Part shown: in pieces, positions 38,856 through 41,749 of the stretch
Layout of the letters: every line of letters begins with the position of its first letter
Numbering within the stretch: position 1 is the first letter of the stretch
Origin: Bacteroidota bacterium
Lineage (GTDB): Bacteria > Bacteroidota > Bacteroidia > Flavobacteriales_D > Crocinitomicaceae
Direction: 5' to 3'
Assembly: GCA_041161265.1 (NCBI GenBank)
Contig: JBEAUV010000001.1
Coordinates: forward strand, 1-41,749
Length of the DNA stretch: 41,749 nt
Translations under genes and position numbers: made by a program
Notes under the pieces: model-generated
The model's database searches: none
Told to the model about the DNA's origin: nothing
Seen by the model: the letters and a program-made list of their open reading frames with translations, nothing else

Positions 38856-38886
38856 AAATCCCGAGTATCAAAGACACACGGGATTT
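38856..38886 (-). terminator. Second, weaker terminator-like hairpin downstream of the tRNA operon
   Basis: Minus-strand RNA forms the stem AAAUCCCG / CGGGAUUU (8 bp) around a 15-nt loop, followed by UUCUAUUU. The large loop and interrupted U-run lower my confidence. Confidence 0.35.
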
Positions 38887-38929
38887 AACTTACAAGTGAG
38901 AGGTGGAAGCCAACCCACAAGGTTTTAAT

Positions 38930-38961
38930 AAAAAAAGTCCTTCAAATTTCTTTGAAGGACT
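38930..38961 (-). terminator. Rho-independent terminator after tRNA-Leu
   Basis: The stem AGTCCTTCAAA / TTTGAAGGACT (11 bp) closes a 4-nt loop and is followed by U7 on the minus strand. It starts 3 nt past the tRNA 3' end. Confidence 0.85.
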
Positions 38962-38964
38962 TTG

Positions 38965-39048
38965 TACTCGGAGCGGGACTTGAACCCGCACGCCCATACA
39001 GGCACAGGATTTTAAGTCCGGCGTGTCTACCAATTCCACCATCCGAGC
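38965..39048 (-). tRNA. tRNA-Leu (anticodon TAA), class II with a long variable arm
   Basis: The reverse complement is GCTCGGATGGTGGAATTGGTAGACACGCCGGACTTAAAATCCTGTGCCTGTATGGGCGTGCGGGTTCAAGTCCCGCTCCGAGTA. I folded it by hand into a cloverleaf with anticodon loop CTTAAAA and T-arm GCGGG-TTCAAGT-CCCGC. No CCA is encoded. Confidence 0.88.
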
Positions 39049-39053
39049 AGACT

Positions 39054-39129
<76 letters not shown>

Positions 39130-39265
39130 ATATTTCAATAATACAGTTTTAAAGCTGTACTCCGTTTAGAATAAAAAAAGCCGATGCTTTCTTTTGTAAC
39201 GGGCGACAAATGTATAAAGTTTTTCTAAAAATCAATAGATTTTTCTAACTTTTTTTGAAGTTATT

Positions 39266-41749
39266 TTATCCGCCTGTTAATTTTTTAATTTCATTTAACT
39301 TCATTAATGCTTCTACAGGTGTAAGTGAATTAATATCTATCGCAACTAATTCTTCTCTAATCTGCTCAAGAACAGGATCGTTCAATTGAAAGAAACTTAA
39401 TTGCATATTATCCGAAGCGATGGCGTCTTTCACTTTTGTTTTCATATTTTGTTTCCCTCCCATGTCATGGGAAGATTCCAATTCTTTTAACATTAGTTCT
39501 GCTCTCGACAAAACTTTCTGAGGCATTCCAGCTAATTTAGCTACATGAATTCCAAAAGAATGTTCACTTCCACCAGGAACTAATTTACGCATGAAAAGAA
39601 TTTTGGAACCAATTTCTTTCACTGAAACATTAAAATTTTTGACTCTGTCGAATTTTTTCGTCATTTCATTCAACTCATGATAATGCGTTGCGAACAACGT
39701 TTTCGCTTTTACTTTTGGATTTTCGTGCAAGTATTCTGCAATGGCCCATGCAATAGAAATACCATCATACGTGCTTGTCCCTCTTCCGATTTCATCTAAA
39801 AGAATCAAACTTCTTTCTGAAAGATTATTCAAAATACTAGCTGTCTCATTCATTTCAACCATGAACGTTGATTCCCCTGAAGAAATATTATCTGATGCTC
39901 CTACCCTTGTAAACACTTTATCCACTAAACCGAGTTCAGCTTTTTCTGCTGGAACAAAAGATCCTATTTGAGCCATTAAACTTATTAATGCTGTTTGCCT
40001 TAAAATTGCACTTTTACCGCTCATGTTTGGACCTGTAATCATGATGATTTGTTGTTTATCACAATCCAAGTAAACATCATTTGCAATATATTCATCTCCT
40101 ACTTTCAATTGCTTTTCAATAACTGGATGACGACCTTGAATAATTTCAAGTGCCAGACCATTATTAATAGAAGGTAAATTATAATTGTTTTGAATAGCAA
40201 CATTTGCAAAAGACAACAAGCAATCTAACTGTGCGATAAGAAAAGCATTGTGTTGAATTAATTGAATGTAGTCTGACATTTCAAATACTAGGTCCTGAAA
40301 CATTTTCGTTTCAATCGCATGAATCTTTTCTTCTGCACCCAATATTTTTGTTTCGTATATTTTTAACTCTTCTGTGATATATCTTTCTGCACTAACAAGG
40401 GTTTGTTTACGAATCCATTCCTCAGGTACTTTATCTTTATGCGTGTTTCGCACTTCCAAATAATATCCGAAAACATTATTAAAAGCAACCTTTAAACTTG
40501 GAATTCCGGTTCGTTCAGATTCTCTGTTTTGTAAATCTTCCAAGTATTCTTTTCCATTAAAAGAAATCGTTCTAAGCTCATCCAATTCACTATTACAACC
40601 TTCCCTGATTACAAAACCTTTTCCGATTTGAACAGCTGGTTCATCCACCAAACGAGTTTCAATTAATTGAATTAGTTTCAAACATGGATTTAACTGATCG
40701 GTAATTTTTTTCAAGAGTGAACTATCAGTATCACTAATTATCTTTTTAATTGGATCAATTTGAAGCAAAGTCCTTCTCATTTGAATCACTTCCCTTGGAT
40801 TCACTTTTCCTACTGCTACTTTTGAAATTAAGCGTTCAATATCTCCAATTTCATTTAATCGTTCTCCAATTTCAAATGCATGTTGAGTTGTTTCTTTCAA
40901 ATATTTCACCGCTTGAAGTCGATCATTTATTGGTTGCTCATCCTTTAAAGGCAGTACAATCCAACGTTTCATCATTCGACCACCCATAGGGGTTTTCGTT
41001 TGATCTAAAATATCTGCTAAAGTGGTTGCATTTTCATGCGGCGAACTAATTAATTCTAAATTCCGAACAGTAAATCGATCTAACCAAACATATTTTTCCT
41101 CTTCGATACGAGAAATTGATGTAATATGTCCAAGTTTATTTTGTTGATTTTCGGAAAGGTAAAATAAAATTGCTCCAGCTGCTATTACTGCCAAATTCAA
41201 GTTTTCGACTCCAAATCCTTTCAACGATTTCGTTTCAAAATGATTGTTTAATGATTCATTTGAAAAATCTTTTGTGAAAACCCAATCTTCTAAACGAAAT
41301 GTATAATATTTATCGCCAAAAAGTTCTTGGTATTCTTTAGACTTATTTTTCTGATAAACTATTTCTGTGGGTTCAAAACCTTGGATTAATTTATCAATGT
41401 ATTCTTTACTTCCCTGAGCCACTAAAAATTCACCAGTCGAAACGTCTAAAAAAGATATTCCGTGTTCCTCTTTATCAAAATGAATAGCACACAAAAAGTT
41501 GTTTTTATTCTTATCTAAAACGTTATCATTGAAAGAAACACCTGGAGTTACTAATTCCGTGACACCTCTTTTAACAATGGTTTTTGTCATTTTGGGATCT
41601 TCTAACTGATCACAAATAGCAACTCTCAATCCAGCTCGAACAAGTTTTGGTAAATATGTATCAATTGAATGATGAGGAAAACCAGCTAATTCTATTTCGG
41701 AAGGAGAGCCTGCCCCTCTTTTAGTTAATGTTATTCCCAGTATTTTAGA
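39266..41749 (-). CDS. mutS: DNA mismatch repair protein MutS; N-terminal ~45-85 codons lie beyond the right edge
   Basis: Walker A GPNMSGKS and the DE of [10 protein letters not shown] are present. The ORF-track start at 41629 is an internal TTG. The frame stays open to 41749 and reads ...[48 protein letters not shown], which is conserved MutS domain I. Confidence 0.93.
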   Translation of the reverse strand, partial: SKILGITLTKRGAGSPSEIELAGFPHHSIDTYLPKLVRAGLRVAICDQLEDPKMTKTIVKRGVTELVTPGVSFNDNVLDKNKNNFLCAIHFDKEEHGISFLDVSTGEFLVAQGSKEYIDKLIQGFEPTEIVYQKNKSKEYQELFGDKYYTFRLEDWVFTKDFSNESLNNHFETKSLKGFGVENLNLAVIAAGAILFYLSENQQNKLGHITSISRIEEEKYVWLDRFTVRNLELISSPHENATTLADILDQTKTPMGGRMMKRWIVLPLKDEQPINDRLQAVKYLKETTQHAFEIGERLNEIGDIERLISKVAVGKVNPREVIQMRRTLLQIDPIKKIISDTDSSLLKKITDQLNPCLKLIQLIETRLVDEPAVQIGKGFVIREGCNSELDELRTISFNGKEYLEDLQNRESERTGIPSLKVAFNNVFGYYLEVRNTHKDKVPEEWIRKQTLVSAERYITEELKIYETKILGAEEKIHAIETKMFQDLVFEMSDYIQLIQHNAFLIAQLDCLLSFANVAIQNNYNLPSINNGLALEIIQGRHPVIEKQLKVGDEYIANDVYLDCDKQQIIMITGPNMSGKSAILRQTALISLMAQIGSFVPAEKAELGLVDKVFTRVGASDNISSGESTFMVEMNETASILNNLSERSLILLDEIGRGTSTYDGISIAWAIAEYLHENPKVKAKTLFATHYHELNEMTKKFDRVKNFNVSVKEIGSKILFMRKLVPGGSEHSFGIHVAKLAGMPQKVLSRAELMLKELESSHDMGGKQNMKTKVKDAIASDNMQLSFFQLNDPVLEQIREELVAIDINSLTPVEALMKLNEIKKLTGG

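Noticed and set aside
39136-39214. Two candidate -7 boxes for the tRNA operon on the minus strand: TACATTTG at 39214-39207 and TATTATTG at 39143-39136.
   Set aside because: The exact match is about 78 nt upstream and is separated from the tRNA by a weak hairpin plus U-run that may terminate mutS. The proximal one has a mismatch. Neither has a -33 element, so I could not choose between them and did not list them as features.
41627-41629. The apparent MutS start codon given by the ORF track at 41629.
   Set aside because: The codon is an internal TTG (Leu). The frame is open to the window edge and the upstream translation is conserved MutS domain I, so the gene is simply truncated by the window.

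Overview
This is an AT-rich core-chromosome window from a Bacteroidota, most likely a Flavobacteriia-type organism. Three things support that placement: a protein with a T9SS C-terminal sorting domain, TAnnTTTG-type -7 promoter boxes, and almost no Shine-Dalgarno sequences upstream of genes. Positions 1-14843 (minus strand) hold one fused str-S10-spc-alpha ribosomal superoperon of 30 genes, rpsL-rpsG-fusA-rpsJ ... secY-infA-rpmJ-rpsM-rpsK-rpsD', with rpsD running off the left edge. After it come pdhB (-) and the divergent etfB-etfA (+). Next is a tightly packed five-gene plus-strand cluster: a DUF151/UVR nuclease, a NupG-like permease, a LuxE-like adenylating enzyme, an M20D amidohydrolase and a lipoprotein. 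Then recQ (-). An envelope-centred stretch follows: tatC, an 819-aa DUF5686-like outer-membrane protein, lptB, two convergent small lipoprotein genes, an orphan Omp85-family protein and mlaE-mlaF. The rest is a SprT-like protein, manC, a barrel-less TonB-receptor N-terminus, fabD, a T9SS cargo protein, tRNA-Gly and tRNA-Leu, and mutS, which runs off the right edge. I found two genes missing from the ORF track (rpmJ and a 47-aa lipoprotein ORF), two tRNAs and about ten rho-independent terminators. I also corrected several over-extended ORF starts. I see no CRISPR array, IS element, integrase, phage gene, toxin-antitoxin pair or recognisable defence system, and I cannot point to a clear novel system. 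The least explained content is the set of uncharacterised envelope proteins around lptB (25.8-33.2 kb), the LuxE-like/M20D pair and the plug-only TonB-receptor-like gene. All family assignments come from reading motifs by eye and need HMM or BLAST confirmation.
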